A stretch of 64,000 nt of DNA, taken from positions 66,063 to 130,062 of the forward strand of contig CAZEEI010000002.1 of NCBI GenBank assembly GCA_964511175.1. The letters run 5' to 3'. The notes beneath the pieces were generated by a model, which was given only the letters and a program-made list of their open reading frames with translations, was not told the origin of the DNA and searched no databases. A program made the translations under genes and the position numbers. Below are positions 1 to 10,232 of this stretch, piece after piece. The stretch comes from an uncultured Pseudomonadales bacterium (GTDB lineage: Bacteria; Patescibacteriota; Microgenomatia; UBA1400; UBA1396). Each line of letters begins with the position of its first letter. The first letter of the stretch is position 1.

Positions 1-1056
1 CGGGTCATGAAGATTTTGGTTTTGCCGCCGGACATCAACCGTTCCAGCGTTGGCTTCACTTTAGAAGAAAACCAAAAGTCACGTAATAATTTGGCTATCC
101 GTTTTGGTTTAGGGGCGATTAAAAATGTTGGTACCGCGGCAATTGAAGCTATTTTGGCTGCTCGGGAGCCGGGTGACTTCACTTCCGTAACTGACTTTTT
201 CCAGCGAGTAGATGCGCGTAAAGTTAATAAAAAAGTAGTCGAAAGTTTAGTACGGGTGGGAGGGTTTGACGTTTTTAGCACGCGCTCCAGCATTCTAGAA
301 AACTTAGAACAAATTCGCGCCACCGCCGCTCAATTTCAGAGTGGGATTGAGGGGCAGGATACTTTATTTACCGCCGCCGCCACCGTTACCAAAGTGGAAG
401 TCAAAGACACTTTTCCCCAATTGGCGGAGTACCCCCAAGCCGAACTGCTTTCTTACGAAAAAGAACTGTTAGGTTTCTATTTGACCGATCACCCGATGTC
501 GCGAGTGCTGAAACAAATTACCCAACAAGCAGAGCGCAAAATCGGTGACATTGATCCGGATATTCATCGCGACCAAACTTTAGTACTGGGCGGTATTTTA
601 ACCGGCATCAAACAAGTTAGGACTAAGAAGAATAATGACAAAATGGCTTTTGGCAACTTGGAAGACCAATCGGGTTCAATCCGGGTGGTGTGTTTCCCCA
701 AATGTTACAGTGTTTGCGAAAAATATTTTCAGAATGACGCTGCCGTACTAGTGCGCGGCAAGTTGGATATGCGGGATGACGAACCCCAAATTGTGGCGGA
801 AAAAGTTTGGTCGCCAGTGGTTAACGGTCAAGCGGTTGAGTCTGAACAAAAGAGTGTGGAGGTGACTATCCCCCGCGGTGTTAGCCAAGATAAATTACAG
901 AAGTTGGGCGATCTCTTAAAACATAGTCCCGGCGATACGCCAATTACTTTACTTATCCCGGCCGTTAATAATGATCACATTACTAAACTTAGGCTACCTT
1001 ATACCGTTAATTGGAATGATGAGTTGGCTAAGTATGTCCGGGAATTACTGGTATAG
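1..1056 (+). CDS. dnaE: DNA polymerase III alpha subunit, C-terminal part (5' end outside window)
   Basis: LPPDINRS, IRFGLGAIKNVG HhH, EKELLGFYLTDHP, OB-fold MAFGNLED. Confidence 0.97.
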   Translation, partial: RVMKILVLPPDINRSSVGFTLEENQKSRNNLAIRFGLGAIKNVGTAAIEAILAAREPGDFTSVTDFFQRVDARKVNKKVVESLVRVGGFDVFSTRSSILENLEQIRATAAQFQSGIEGQDTLFTAAATVTKVEVKDTFPQLAEYPQAELLSYEKELLGFYLTDHPMSRVLKQITQQAERKIGDIDPDIHRDQTLVLGGILTGIKQVRTKKNNDKMAFGNLEDQSGSIRVVCFPKCYSVCEKYFQNDAAVLVRGKLDMRDDEPQIVAEKVWSPVVNGQAVESEQKSVEVTIPRGVSQDKLQKLGDLLKHSPGDTPITLLIPAVNNDHITKLRLPYTVNWNDELAKYVRELLV

Positions 1057-2388
1057 CTCGCGACAGCCGCCTTCCAACCAAAGTGTATCCAAAGGCCAAC
1101 GTTGCTGACCGATAATAGCTAGCGCTTCGTCAAGTGTATAGGCTTCGGCATAACGAAAATCCTTATTTTTTTGAGCGTATTGACTAAGAATGTCGCGTAA
1201 AGATTGATTGGCCTGAGTGCGTAAAATAACTACGCCACTGGCTAAACCGATAATGTCACGGGCAAACTTAGTGTGTTCCTGCCGAGTAGTTTCGGGATCA
1301 AGCTCCACAAATCCAGCCGTAACAAGCGCCACTTTCCCAAGCGAAAGCGATGACCATAGTGGTTTAATCTCTTGCCAAGAACCAGGGTTGCTATTGTAAC
1401 TGTTGTCGATTACGGTAGTGCCGTTGGGATTATGGTGCACTTCTAAACGGCGCGGTGTGGGCGAGGCGTATTGCAGAGCACGAGTGATAGAGCCCAGTGT
1501 TGGATCGAGACTAAGCACAATGATTCCCGGCAAAGCGTTGACTAATTGATGCGTACCTAAGAGAGGAGTACTTATTTTAACTGTGGCGGCTGGTGTATGT
1601 AGTTGACCGCTCGTGCCGGCGATGGTTGATTTAATCTGGGTTAAGTGGAAAGGCGAGGTTGTATTCGTGCCATACCAGATGGTTTCAGCCGAGGGTTTAA
1701 AGACGTTTTGATTGCGATCGTCCACGATGAACAGAGTTGGTCGGTGGGGAGAGTCGGCAATTTCCTGAAAAGATTGTTGTAGTTGTTTTTCTGAACCAAA
1801 GTGGGCTAAGTGGGCAAAACCCAGCGGTGTAATTACCGCGATATCCGGCCGAATGAACCCAGTTAAACGAGCAATATCACCTGGTTTTTGTTCGCCAAAC
1901 TCGACGATGAGGGCGGCGTGTTTAGGAGTTAGTTGCTGTCGAATAATACCAGCGATGCCGAGTGGTGTGTTGACACTCTCTGGCGTCATTAGGGTGTAGT
2001 GGTGAATCGAAAGCAAGTGGTGCAGTAAATGTTTAACCGATGTCTTGCCGTAACTGCCAACTACAGCAATAACGGTCAGACCGTTGGCTTGCAGGTGATG
2101 CAGGCGCTGCGCCGCGCGCCAAAGAAGCCAGCTTTTCAGGATTTTTTCCGGTAATTGCACTAAATTGGTGCTAAACACCACCGCGCGCGGCGCACCCACT
2201 AGTGGTGCCAACCAAACCGCTAGTGAACGGATTAATTTCAGTTTAGCTGTCCAGCGTTCCGGTTCGGCTTGATTAACGTGCTGCCAATCAACATCACTAC
2301 GTGGTTGTCTAATCCAGGCTCGAAAAACAGTCAGGTCATATTCAGATTGTTGCAGGATAGCCAGGAGTGCAATTAAGCGGTACTTCAT
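1045..2388 (-). CDS. murF: UDP-MurNAc-tripeptide--D-Ala-D-Ala ligase (MurF-like Mur ligase)
   Basis: GSYGKTSVK P-loop, TPESVNTPLGI, DNSYNSNP, GFVEL; start taken as MKYRL, overlapping the upstream stop. Confidence 0.85.
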   Translation of the reverse strand: MKYRLIALLAILQQSEYDLTVFRAWIRQPRSDVDWQHVNQAEPERWTAKLKLIRSLAVWLAPLVGAPRAVVFSTNLVQLPEKILKSWLLWRAAQRLHHLQANGLTVIAVVGSYGKTSVKHLLHHLLSIHHYTLMTPESVNTPLGIAGIIRQQLTPKHAALIVEFGEQKPGDIARLTGFIRPDIAVITPLGFAHLAHFGSEKQLQQSFQEIADSPHRPTLFIVDDRNQNVFKPSAETIWYGTNTTSPFHLTQIKSTIAGTSGQLHTPAATVKISTPLLGTHQLVNALPGIIVLSLDPTLGSITRALQYASPTPRRLEVHHNPNGTTVIDNSYNSNPGSWQEIKPLWSSLSLGKVALVTAGFVELDPETTRQEHTKFARDIIGLASGVVILRTQANQSLRDILSQYAQKNKDFRYAEAYTLDEALAIIGQQRWPLDTLWLEGGCRELYQ

Positions 2389-3152
2389 AAACCGTGTGCC
2401 TCCAACCAACTCAGAATTAGTGGTGTTCGTTCCTGGTGGGGGAAGTGGCCAGCTTGAGGTACCACAAAGACGTCGCTATGGTTAGCAATTGTGGCAAACT
2501 CATAAGCCATCCACAGAGGTGTGGCTTGATCATTAGCTCCCCAGGCTAAGTGCAGCGGCAAATCCTGTGTCTGAGTGTTTAGGCGAATATCTTCAAGCAA
2601 AATGTGGTTCAAAGTTTCCTCTTGGAAGGAATTGGCGGCATAGTAGTCAGTCTCGTGTAGGAGGCGGGTGTAAAGAGTGCGACGCAATTGAGCTAGTGCG
2701 CCGCGCTTGAGCTGGCGCGGCACCACACGGATTGCTGACCGCAGCGCGCGGCGCCCCCAAGGCAATTCATTAGTAATACCAGAGGGATCCAATAGAAAGA
2801 AACCTTTGGTAACGACTGGTAAGGCAACATTTTCACCCCACCAGCCGAAAGCCGCCAGTTTTCCGCCCAAGGAGTGTCCTAAAACACCAGTCAATGTTTC
2901 AATTTTGAGTTCCGCCAAAAAAGCAGCTAACCACACCTGGTACTTACTCATATCCCAGCCAGTGTTTGGCGACTGCGACTGACCAAATCCGGGCAGATCA
3001 GGGATAATCAAGCGGTGGCGACGACTCAGCTCAGGGATTAAAGGTGCCCAAGCTTCCCAGTTATTATTCCAACCGTGAAGCAGTAGCAGAGTACTGGTAT
3101 GGCGGCCAATCGACTGGTAATAAGTAGAGAGATGATTAAGCTCAACGCGCAT
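2385..3152 (-). CDS. alpha/beta-fold hydrolase
   Basis: LLHGW, DLPGFG, GHSLGG nucleophile elbow, WGAND, GHFPH. Confidence 0.93.
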   Translation of the reverse strand: MRVELNHLSTYYQSIGRHTSTLLLLHGWNNNWEAWAPLIPELSRRHRLIIPDLPGFGQSQSPNTGWDMSKYQVWLAAFLAELKIETLTGVLGHSLGGKLAAFGWWGENVALPVVTKGFFLLDPSGITNELPWGRRALRSAIRVVPRQLKRGALAQLRRTLYTRLLHETDYYAANSFQEETLNHILLEDIRLNTQTQDLPLHLAWGANDQATPLWMAYEFATIANHSDVFVVPQAGHFPHQERTPLILSWLEAHGL

Positions 3153-3175
3153 AGGACTAAGCTTATTGTACAGGT

Positions 3176-4378
3176 TTACTCGTACCGCAGGGCTTCAATC
3201 GGCGAGAGATTGGCGGCTCGCTTAGCCGGTGCCGCGCCAAAGATCAATCCCACCGCGGTCGATACGCCAAAAGCCAACATCACCGCTTCCCAAGTAATTT
3301 TAGCCGGGAAATATGGCTGGATAATTAGAGCGCCAATAAAGGCAATTAATAAACCAATTAATCCGCCTAGTACGGAAAGCAGAGCCGCCTCGATCAGAAA
3401 CTGGAACATAATTAAATTAGGAGTAGCTCCCAGTGCTTTCCGCAAACCAATTTCGCGGGTACGTTCGGTTACTGAAACCAGCATGATGTTCATAATGCCG
3501 ATGCCACCCACTACCAGGGAAATAGCCGCAATACCGCCTAAACCAATGGTTAATACACCTAATATCTGATTAATGGTGCTAAGCATTTTAGCTTGGTCTA
3601 CCACACTAAACTCATCTTCCTTTAGAACTTTTAGCATGGTTTTTTCGATTCTTTTCTGGGCTTCTTCCACATAATCCTTGTCACGTACTTGAAGGGTAAA
3701 ATGGTCAATCAGTTCCGAATTAACAAGATCAAATAACGTGTGTAGGGGAAGAAAAACGTAATTATCTATTCCTTCTGCGCCAAAGCCGCCCTTTTCTTCT
3801 AAAACGCCGACTACCTTAAAAGTTTGACCCTCCAGCTTCATTTTTTTATTAACCGGATCAACGCTACCGAAAAGCTCCGTGGCCACCTTATGACCCAGAA
3901 CCGCAACCCGTTCTTTGCGCTCATCATCGGCGTCAGTAAACCACTGCCCTCGCGCTATTTTGATGTCACCAATGTCCTTATAATCAATAGTAATACCCAG
4001 TAAAGTAACCACTTTAGTAGTTTCGCGGTATTTGCCATCAGCGACGTTGGTCGCCGCCACCGCTCCATTACTCAGTAGATCGGAGTTTTCCCGTAGAATC
4101 ATGTTGAGGTAACGTGGTTTGAGTGTCGGCTTCATAGACTCAAGAAAGGTTGACTGACCAAAGCCACCACTTTCGCCAAAAGGGTTTCCTGGGACAACGT
4201 AAATGGTGTTGGTTCCTAAACTAGCGAATTGATCGGTAATGTAGGCCTGGAGACCGGTACCGATACTAGTTAACAGAACTACCGAGCCCACGCCGATCAC
4301 CACCCCCAGCATGGTTAAAAAGGAGCGGGTTTTATTAGCGAGTATGGCCTTCAGGGCGATTAGGACGATGTCTTTCAT
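3176..4378 (-). CDS. MacB/FtsX-type ABC transporter permease
   Basis: RSFLTMLGVVIGV, GGIGIMNIMLVSVTERTREIGLRKALGA, PIEALRYE. Confidence 0.95.
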   Translation of the reverse strand: MKDIVLIALKAILANKTRSFLTMLGVVIGVGSVVLLTSIGTGLQAYITDQFASLGTNTIYVVPGNPFGESGGFGQSTFLESMKPTLKPRYLNMILRENSDLLSNGAVAATNVADGKYRETTKVVTLLGITIDYKDIGDIKIARGQWFTDADDERKERVAVLGHKVATELFGSVDPVNKKMKLEGQTFKVVGVLEEKGGFGAEGIDNYVFLPLHTLFDLVNSELIDHFTLQVRDKDYVEEAQKRIEKTMLKVLKEDEFSVVDQAKMLSTINQILGVLTIGLGGIAAISLVVGGIGIMNIMLVSVTERTREIGLRKALGATPNLIMFQFLIEAALLSVLGGLIGLLIAFIGALIIQPYFPAKITWEAVMLAFGVSTAVGLIFGAAPAKRAANLSPIEALRYE

Positions 4379-5106
4379 TTTTTCTTCTTAGCTTGTTTAG
4401 CAGCCAGGTGCCGGAGCTCGGTCTGATTTTTTACTTTTTGATCACCCGTAACGTGGCCGTCTCTAAAGGTAATCAACCGGCGGGCCATTTCGGCGGTTTC
4501 CAGTTCGTGGGTGACCACAATGACGGTTTTACCTTCGTGGTATAGATCGCTCAACAACTTAATGATATCTTCACCGCTTTTGGAATCCAGGTTACCGGTG
4601 GGTTCGTCGGCAAAAATAATTGATGGATCATTAATGAGAGCCCGGGCAATGGCGACTCTTTGCTGCTGACCGCCGGAAAGTTGAGATGGTTGATTATTGA
4701 TCCGATCAGCCAAATCAACCTTAGCCAACATGGCCAGCGCGCGCTGCCGACGTTCACGGCTGGAAACACCGGCGTAAACCAGCGGCAAAGCCACGTTTTC
4801 CCAAGCGGAGGTGCGGGGTAGCAGGTTAAATTGCTGGAAGATGAAACCAATTTCGCGGTTTCGCAAGCGCGCCCGCTCAACTTCGTTGTATTCGGTTACT
4901 TTTTTGTCCTTAAGGTAAATTTCGCCGGTCGAAGGATGAGCCAACATACTGGCAATCTGCAGGAAAGTAGATTTGCCGGAACCGGAGGGACCCATGACTG
5001 CGACAAACTCACCCTCACCCACCGACAAGGAAATATCGTCGAGCGCCTTAATGGTAGTCTCGCCTAGAGTGTAGAGCTTGGAGACTTTCTCTAGTTGCAA
5101 CAGCAT
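4375..5106 (-). CDS. ABC transporter ATP-binding protein (MacB/LolD family)
   Basis: GPSGSGKST, LSGGQQQRVAIARAL, ADEPTGNLD. Confidence 0.96.
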   Translation of the reverse strand: MLLQLEKVSKLYTLGETTIKALDDISLSVGEGEFVAVMGPSGSGKSTFLQIASMLAHPSTGEIYLKDKKVTEYNEVERARLRNREIGFIFQQFNLLPRTSAWENVALPLVYAGVSSRERRQRALAMLAKVDLADRINNQPSQLSGGQQQRVAIARALINDPSIIFADEPTGNLDSKSGEDIIKLLSDLYHEGKTVIVVTHELETAEMARRLITFRDGHVTGDQKVKNQTELRHLAAKQAKKKK

Positions 5107-5108
5107 GT

Positions 5109-6161
5109 TTACTCGGGTACCACGATTTCGTCTTGTTCACTCAGTCCAGAAGTAACCTCAATCTTGTCTTCATTTTCCAGTCCCGTGGTAATTTCCCTAT
5201 CTTCAGTAGTATCTGGGCCGGTTTTAACACTGACGTAGGTTTTACCATCACGTTGCTTGATGGCAATTAAAGGGATGGCCAGAACCGATTGGTGTGTATC
5301 GATCGTAATCGCTACATCGCCATTCATACCAATTTTGAATTGCTGTAATTGTGGGTCCTGCAGCGGAAATTCGACGATAAAAACCGTACCGGTAGTGGCT
5401 TGACTGCTGGTATAGGCAACATAAGTGATGGTGCTGGAAAAATCTTGATCCGGAAAAGCATCAAGAGAAATGTTAGCTGATTGGCCAATTTTCACCTGGC
5501 TGATATCAGCCTCATCTACAGCTGCTCGGAAGACTAAAGTCTTAGGGTTGACTACTTCAAAATAATCAGTGGCTAACAGTTGCACTCCTGGAACGAGAGT
5601 TGGCGTATGGGTTAGCAAACCATCCATTGGTGAAAACAGAGAAGTGTTTTTAATGGCGATATCGCGAATTTCCACATCGAGCACAGTGTTAGTTAGATCC
5701 CACTGCTCCTGATCTTTTTCCCGCCGTTCATTTTGGGGCAGGGCGCGATCCTTACTGTCGTCCAAGGTCTGGTCCCAGTCCCAGCGTTCCTGCATATAAG
5801 CATTAAGATCTTGCTGCAGTTCTTTTTGTAAAGTAGCTCGGTCAATAGTGGCAATGGTTTGGTACTTTTTGACAAATTCACCCTCTTTAGCGCCGACGTA
5901 AACTACTTTGCCGCCCGCAATAAAACGCAGGTTGGCTTTTTCCTTAGCATCGATTAGGCCGGATACCTCGAGAGTTTGAGTAATATCTTCAATCTGCGGC
6001 TTAGCAAAGATTAATTGGGGTTTACTTTTCTGCTGCTGCCGATACCGCCAAAAAACAACTAAACCGATGATAATAAGCAATGAAAGTAATAATTTCCAAT
6101 GCCGTTGAATGAAGGCTATAACCCATTTAAATGGTCGAATTAACAAATTAATCATAATCAT
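5109..6161 (-). CDS. efflux periplasmic adaptor (MacA/HlyD family)
   Basis: N-terminal TM, lipoyl-like GGKVVYVGAKEGEFVKK, VDEADISQVKIGQ, IEVTSGLSEQD. Confidence 0.92.
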   Translation of the reverse strand: MIMINLLIRPFKWVIAFIQRHWKLLLSLLIIIGLVVFWRYRQQQKSKPQLIFAKPQIEDITQTLEVSGLIDAKEKANLRFIAGGKVVYVGAKEGEFVKKYQTIATIDRATLQKELQQDLNAYMQERWDWDQTLDDSKDRALPQNERREKDQEQWDLTNTVLDVEIRDIAIKNTSLFSPMDGLLTHTPTLVPGVQLLATDYFEVVNPKTLVFRAAVDEADISQVKIGQSANISLDAFPDQDFSSTITYVAYTSSQATTGTVFIVEFPLQDPQLQQFKIGMNGDVAITIDTHQSVLAIPLIAIKQRDGKTYVSVKTGPDTTEDREITTGLENEDKIEVTSGLSEQDEIVVPE

Positions 6162-6176
6162 TTTCTACACAACAAA

Positions 6177-6194
6177 CTGGTCGTGACCGACCAG
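6177..6194. promoter_or_regulatory. perfect inverted repeat CTGGTCG-N4-CGACCAG at the predicted start of the exporter transcript
   Basis: 7-bp arms immediately downstream of a minus-strand TGT-TATAAT (6199-6207). Confidence 0.45.
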
Positions 6195-6251
6195 ATTGAT
6201 TATAACAACAAACGGTGATTGTAGCACAGTTGCTATACTGTGAAGGAGATT

Positions 6252-6695
6252 ATGAAACGGTTGCGCTTACTACTAGCCCTGCTCCTTACGATTGGCAGCG
6301 GCGCGCTTTTATGGTGGATACAGTTTTCGCCCCAGAATCCAAGTGCTTCTCTGGCTCAATTTAAACCTGTTTTGCCAGGTTGGCAGGAAACAATCAGTAA
6401 TGCGGATCAAACAGTGGCTCAAGGCATTCGCGAAGTTGCCGCTGGCCGGATAAAGTTGGGGGATATCCTACCCGTCACGGCTTGGCAGCAAGTTAGTAAC
6501 GCCACTTTGTCAGCTGAGATTGTTACTTCGCCGGACGAACTATGGCGAACTTGGCGCGAGCAGGGTAGTCAGGCGGTGTTGCAATCTTTAGGCAATAACG
6601 TCGAGTACAAAGTTAACGATGTTTCTGCCGCCACGGTTAACGAGGTGCGCTACCAGTACTGTAAGGGTGTAGTCGAAGAGTACGAGAAACATTAG
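6252..6695 (+). CDS. hypothetical protein with N-terminal membrane anchor
   Basis: AAGGAG before ATG 6252; hydrophobic N-terminus; C-terminal RYQYCKGVVEEYE. Confidence 0.75.
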   Translation: MKRLRLLLALLLTIGSGALLWWIQFSPQNPSASLAQFKPVLPGWQETISNADQTVAQGIREVAAGRIKLGDILPVTAWQQVSNATLSAEIVTSPDELWRTWREQGSQAVLQSLGNNVEYKVNDVSAATVNEVRYQYCKGVVEEYEKH

Positions 6696-6738
6696 GGTTA
6701 AGCCGAATCGGATTCGTTAGGTACAATATATCGAAATG

Positions 6739-6781
6739 GCCGAAACCAACAGTTGTACAACTATTGGTTTTACGGTTTTTT
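6739..6781 (+). terminator. long intrinsic-terminator-like hairpin upstream of prfB
   Basis: AAACCAACAGTTGT|ACAACTATTGGTTT, a 28-bp palindrome with one mismatch, flanked by GCCG/CGGT and followed by a T-run. Confidence 0.6.
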
Positions 6782-6821
6782 CACTCTACCTCAAGAGGGA
6801 AGCTCCCGCTATACTATACCC

Positions 6822-7922
6822 ATGATTCTGGATAAAACTCTTACCGATCGTTGGGATAGCGCCCAGCAAAAAGCACTCGATCTACAGCACTCGATTTCCC
6901 GTCAAGCCAAACACAATGAGCTAGCCGATTTACAAAAAGAAACTCTCCAACCTGATTTTTGGCAGGATCAGAGTCGAGCCGCCGCGATTAATCAGCAAAT
7001 TGCGGCCGCCCAAAATGAACTAGATATTTTAATCGAACAAGACCAATTATTAGCCGATATCCAAGCTTCACTGGAACTACTGGCTGAAGCCGCTGATGAA
7101 ACACTGCGTAGTGATGTGGCCAGACAGATAGGTCGGCTCGAAAAAATTAATAAAGAGATTGAATTAAAAACTTATTTAAACGGTCCCTATGATGCCAATG
7201 ACGCTATTTTAGCGATCCACGCCGGACAAGGTGGTACCGAGGCCATGGATTGGGCCAGCATGCTACAGCGGATGTATACCCGCTACTTTGAACGCCGCGG
7301 TTGGTCAGCGGAATTGATCGATGAAAACCAGGGAGAGGAAGCGGGGATCAAATCGGTAGCCTACCTAGTTTCGGCGCCTTATGCTTATGGTTATCTGAAG
7401 GGAGAAAAGGGAACCCACCGTTTAGTACGTCAAAGTCCTTTTAACGCGGATGCACTTCGTCAAACCTCTTTTGCCGGCGTGGAAGTGACGCCGGTTTTAC
7501 CAGAGGAAGATGCTTCGATTGAGCTTAGCCTGGACGACTTAGAGTGGCAGTTCACCCGCGCTGGCGGGCATGGCGGCCAAAACGTCAACAAGGTTAATAC
7601 CGCGGTGCGCCTAACTCACTTGCCCAGCGGCATTATTGTAGAAACACGTCAGGAGCGTAGCCAGGAACAGAATAAAAAATTGGCCCTTCAGTTACTAAAG
7701 GGTAAACTGGCCGAAAAACAGGAAGCGCAGCGCGAGCAAGAGCTAGCCGCCGTCAAGGGGATACATAAGCAGGCTTCGTGGGGAAACCAGATTCGCAATT
7801 ACGTTTTACACCCATATCATTTGGTTAAAGACACCCGCACCGAAGTTGAAACCAGCGATACCGCCGGAGTTTTAGATGGTGATTTGGACGAATTTATTTT
7901 TGCCGAAGTAACTCTTTTGTAA
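6822..7922 (+). CDS. prfB: peptide chain release factor 2, single uninterrupted frame
   Basis: SPF motif (RQSPFN), [23 protein letters not shown]; TATACT 6 nt before ATG 6822. Confidence 0.97.
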   Translation: MILDKTLTDRWDSAQQKALDLQHSISRQAKHNELADLQKETLQPDFWQDQSRAAAINQQIAAAQNELDILIEQDQLLADIQASLELLAEAADETLRSDVARQIGRLEKINKEIELKTYLNGPYDANDAILAIHAGQGGTEAMDWASMLQRMYTRYFERRGWSAELIDENQGEEAGIKSVAYLVSAPYAYGYLKGEKGTHRLVRQSPFNADALRQTSFAGVEVTPVLPEEDASIELSLDDLEWQFTRAGGHGGQNVNKVNTAVRLTHLPSGIIVETRQERSQEQNKKLALQLLKGKLAEKQEAQREQELAAVKGIHKQASWGNQIRNYVLHPYHLVKDTRTEVETSDTAGVLDGDLDEFIFAEVTLL

Positions 7923-7949
7923 TTGGTCGCTCGCTGGTATATTGAATCC

Positions 7950-8603
7950 ATGTCATTCAATCGCGTCTCACTTTCCCACAAAACTAGTGAAAAAACTAGC
8001 GATGAACCGGCCGAGAAACCGATTTCTTTTCGTTCGCGAGTGGTGATTGAACCGGACGGGGACGCGGCCATAACCGATCATTTTCAGGAGGTAGATAGCG
8101 ATATGTTCACTGGAGTTTCACGGCGGGTGGTAATTGGTGTACTAATTGCAGTCGTACTGCTGGGTACGGGTAGTGGCTATGGTGTAGCTCGCTTAATGGC
8201 TGCGGGTGGCGCAAATTATCAAGTAGAGACTTCAACGCCCGAGGAAGTGGAAAATAAGATTCAGGCCGGTGCCGTCTTTGGTGTACCAGACGAAAAAACC
8301 TTTAAGGATGATGCTGAAGGCGTCTTGATTAAAGGTGGTTTGTCCGGTGAGGGGTCGCATACCCTACTGCGCCCAGGTGGAGAATCACAGAACGTTTACC
8401 TAACTTCCTCCGTAGTTGATTTAGATCAGTTTGTGGATGCCCGCGTTCAGGTGTGGGGAGAAACTTTTAAAGGTCAAAAAGCCGGTTGGCTAATGGACGT
8501 TGGCCGCTTAGAAATTAAAGAACTAGCTGCAGCCAAGCCAGACTGGTACCAGGCCGATCAAGAAGAAAAAACCAGCCAAGAAGATCAAGAAAATAACGAG
8601 TAG
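7950..8603 (+). CDS. single-pass membrane protein of unknown function
   Basis: TM VVIGVLIAVVLLGTGSGY followed by a beta-rich domain; TGG-TATATT 6 nt before ATG. Confidence 0.8.
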   Translation: MSFNRVSLSHKTSEKTSDEPAEKPISFRSRVVIEPDGDAAITDHFQEVDSDMFTGVSRRVVIGVLIAVVLLGTGSGYGVARLMAAGGANYQVETSTPEEVENKIQAGAVFGVPDEKTFKDDAEGVLIKGGLSGEGSHTLLRPGGESQNVYLTSSVVDLDQFVDARVQVWGETFKGQKAGWLMDVGRLEIKELAAAKPDWYQADQEEKTSQEDQENNE

Positions 8604-8616
8604 TGGTGATACAACC

Positions 8617-9345
8617 ATGGTCAAGTTCGAAAAGGTTAGCAAGATTTTTGCCAATGGTTATATCGGTTTGCAGGACGTTTCCTTTATCATTGAGCCTCAG
8701 ACCTTAACTTATTTAGTCGGTGAGTCTGGCGCGGGCAAAACTACCTTGATGCGCCTATTGATTCGGGAAATGCCGGTTTCGGAAGGGGAAATTTGGATTG
8801 ACGACTGGTCGGTGACACAGTTGCCTAACAAAGAAATACCGCACCTGCGCCGGAAAGTAGCGGTGGTTTTTCAAGACTACAAGTTAATAGCCGACCGCAA
8901 TGTTTGGGAGAATGTCGCCTTACCTCTGGAAATTGTCGGTACATCGGCGGCGGTTTTAAACCAGCAAGTGCAGGATGTTTTAGACCTAGTTGGCTTGGCT
9001 GATCGGGGCGACATGTTTCCTACCCAATTATCAGGGGGAGAGTTACAGAGAGTATCTTTAGCCCGTTCGCTAATTACTTCGCCTAAAGTTTTATTTGCCG
9101 ACGAACCAACCGGCAACTTAGATCCAAAAACCTCACGCGCCATTGGTGAGTTGCTCCACAAGATTAGTGAGTTGGGCACGACCGTCATTATTGCCACCCA
9201 CGATCAAGTCTTGCTGCAAGATTTTCCGGCCAGGGAACTCCATCTACATAAGGGCAAATTGGTCAAAGATACCGGCACACGATCTAAACCAGCTCCCGCC
9301 ACCCAATCCAAACAGCGGAAAAAAGAGAAAAAGGAAAAGTTATGA
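8617..9345 (+). CDS. ftsE: cell division ATP-binding protein FtsE
   Basis: GESGAGKTT, VVFQDYKL, LSGGELQRV; adjacent to ftsX. Confidence 0.93.
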   Translation: MVKFEKVSKIFANGYIGLQDVSFIIEPQTLTYLVGESGAGKTTLMRLLIREMPVSEGEIWIDDWSVTQLPNKEIPHLRRKVAVVFQDYKLIADRNVWENVALPLEIVGTSAAVLNQQVQDVLDLVGLADRGDMFPTQLSGGELQRVSLARSLITSPKVLFADEPTGNLDPKTSRAIGELLHKISELGTTVIIATHDQVLLQDFPARELHLHKGKLVKDTGTRSKPAPATQSKQRKKEKKEKL

Positions 9346-10211
9346 ATTCCTTCAGCCAAGCGGTGAAAAGCATCCGTCGTTCGCCTTATCAGGCTATGGC
9401 GGCTACTATCATCCTCTTCTTAACTTTTTTTATCGGTTACAGTTTAGCCCTTTTTCTGCTTGGTTCCCACCAGGTTTTGCTTTACTTTGAAACCCGCCCG
9501 CAGGTTACTGCCTTCTTCCGCCAAGATACCACTTTGCCGCAATTACAAAGCTACGCTGAAGCTCTCAAGCAAAAGAGCTACGTCAAAAACGTCAAATTGG
9601 TTTCCCAAGAGGAAGCGTTGGAGATTTATCGCCAGCAGTCAAGTAACGATCCAGTTATGCTCGAGTTAGTAACAGCTGATATTTTGCCGCCCTCCCTGGA
9701 AGTTTCAACCTTTGCGCTGGACCAGTTAGCCCAAGTGGCTGCCGATTTACAGCAGTTGGCGGGCATTGACGAAGTAGTGTACCAGGAGGATGTGATCGCT
9801 GGTTTACGTCATTGGGCAACATTGTTGCGTCAGATTGGTTTGGCCATCATGGCAATCTTTACCGTTACGTCATTGCTGGTGATTCTGGTTATTACTAGCA
9901 TCCGGATCGCGAGCAAAAAGTTGGAAATTAGGGTACTGCGCCTAATGGGAGCTACTAAATGGTATATTCAGCGCCCCTTTTTATTGGAAGGAATGTTCTA
10001 CGGCGTGCTGGGATCGGTTTTGTCCTGGGGTGCGGTATATATTATTCTGCTTTACGCCAGTCCCAGCATTCAACAGTTTTTCGGCGAAGTACAATTATTA
10101 CCCGTGCCGGCAGAACTGATGCTAGCTCTACTAGCGGCTGGTACTGGCTTAGGCTTAATTTTAGGTATGTTGGCTAGCTTGTTAAGTGCGCGTCGGTTGT
10201 ACCGTATCTAG
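9342..10211 (+). CDS. ftsX: cell division permease FtsX
   Basis: 4-TM layout, LPPSLEV, EIRVLRLMGATKWYIQRPFLLEG. Confidence 0.93.
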   Translation: MNSFSQAVKSIRRSPYQAMAATIILFLTFFIGYSLALFLLGSHQVLLYFETRPQVTAFFRQDTTLPQLQSYAEALKQKSYVKNVKLVSQEEALEIYRQQSSNDPVMLELVTADILPPSLEVSTFALDQLAQVAADLQQLAGIDEVVYQEDVIAGLRHWATLLRQIGLAIMAIFTVTSLLVILVITSIRIASKKLEIRVLRLMGATKWYIQRPFLLEGMFYGVLGSVLSWGAVYIILLYASPSIQQFFGEVQLLPVPAELMLALLAAGTGLGLILGMLASLLSARRLYRI

Positions 10212-10232
10212 AACCCTTTATACTGCTAATAC

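Noticed and set aside
6822-6920. Programmed +1 frameshift in prfB
   Set aside because: The frame is continuous and no CTT-TGA-C site is present
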